From the NCBI GenBank assembly GCA_964035545.1, contig OZ037770.1, positions 5,054,662 to 5,118,661 of the forward strand: a stretch of DNA of 64,000 nt, in the 5' to 3' direction. A program made the translations under genes and the position numbers. The notes under the pieces were generated by a model. It made no database searches and was not told where the DNA came from. It saw only the letters and a list, made by a program, of their open reading frames with translations. This DNA comes from Bugula neritina (Eukaryota > Animalia > Bryozoa). Position 1 is the stretch's first letter. The number at the start of each line of letters is the position of its first letter. Below, in pieces: positions 62,864 to 64,000 of this stretch.

Positions 62864-64000
62864 TCACCCTATAATCCTGTATTTTAATTCAGAGTTGAGG
62901 AGTTGTCGTTCTTGTCTGGAGTTGGCTATCAGAGAGGAATTTTCATGAGATCGTCTTGACAGATATGGCAAAGACTCGCTGATTGTACCAACAGCCACTG
63001 ATTTGTACACAGGATATCCCTTTTGACCTAAATACAACAGGATATTGAGAATAAATATTTATTAAAGAGTTTCTTTTATAACTCCATGGAAGTTTTCTTC
63101 TTTTTAAAGAATACTTTTCTTGAAATAGGTATATATAGTTGGCGGAGTAATATAGATTTAGATAGCTGTTAAGAGTTATCATCTACAGATGAAGGTATAT
63201 TTAAACTGGTCAAGTTCCGTTGGATTTTGTATTTTTATTCAGTTTTAAACGGTGTGACTTTGAATTTTATTGATTCTCATCTGGATTGAAGTGTTTAGAG
63301 TTGATTTGTAACTTAACAAAACTTCCAGGTTTATAGCCGCTAACCCTGCAACAGCCTCAGATAGAAGAGGTGAACTACAATTGTCTCTTTATTGTTGTAA
63401 AAGAAAAATATGACTGAATTCTCTTCTTCAGATCACCAGTGGCTTTTCTATAGAATCAAACCGTTGCCTTTGTGTTTGCTAAGTCTCTGCTCTAACTACT
63501 AAATCATGCTGCTTCAATGCTTTAATTTATTATTGAATCAGATGTTTCAACTCTCATTTTCTGATTACTGACTACCAGATCTACCAGTACCAGGGTGTGC
63601 TTATTGGTAACTCAGTAATCAACACAGTAATTCAGACATTAAAGCTGGCAATAGTTACACTTACCTAGAGTATATGTTATGTGGTCACACATCCCATAAA
63701 CCTGAGCAAGTATCACTTTCCTGTCTTCACTTGAAATACCATAACTTCTCATTCTACATGAGAATAATAATACTAGCTAACTTAAGTTTATATATTATAT
63801 TATGTGTGCACGCGTATATAATGGATATGCACATTGCATCAGAAGAAGGTGGATTATGCAAAGTTGGTAGTAATAAAACATTTGATCAGTTTCCACTACA
63901 TAACCAGCTACAATTTAACTGGTAAAACTATATCTACCTTTCTACAGCCTGTTTGATAGAGTCTTGGTTATGAGAAGCAAGAACAAATCTGATTTGTCTC
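62864..64000 (-). CDS. PRODH2: PRODH2-like copy 2, last three exons (64000-63938 partial, 63753-63665, 63027-62864)
   Basis: ASHNQDSIKQAVE, AQVYGMCDHIT, GYPVYKS...RRSHEN; paralogue of 12581-13585. Confidence 0.8.

Larger units (their letters stand above)
54297..64000 (+). repeat. Segmental duplication paralogous to about 711-13585
   Basis: Colinear exons, introns, 3' UTR, RTE remnant and PRODH2 3' exons. Confidence 0.95.

Overview
AT-rich, intron-rich eukaryotic DNA, apparently from an invertebrate animal; the species cannot be determined from sequence alone. The window spans one period (about 50-54 kb) of a tandem segmental duplication. Each unit carries a plus-strand LRR-Roc-COR-caspase gene and a convergent minus-strand PRODH2-like (hydroxyproline dehydrogenase) gene. 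Copy B of the ROCO-caspase gene is complete (43952-60531, about 1486 aa by manual splicing). It has an N-terminal segment, eight tandem 138-bp phase-2 exons that each encode two 23-aa LRRs varying mainly at the concave-face positions, a Roc GTPase and COR, an acidic linker, and a full caspase (THG/QACSG) with no recognisable death-fold prodomain. This looks like a single-chain, diversifying sensor-dimeriser-protease immune receptor and is the main candidate for an undescribed system. Copy A (3' part only, 803-7468) has a frameshift in an (AG)n run that would be rescued by skipping one exon. The rest is transposon-rich: three related Gypsy elements sharing an extra C2H2 zinc-finger ORF, a CMC/EnSpm-like insertion, solo LTRs, RTE LINE remnants, MITEs, and a Penelope element with a hammerhead ribozyme. 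All exon models were derived by hand from GT-AG sites and reading-frame phase, without transcript evidence.
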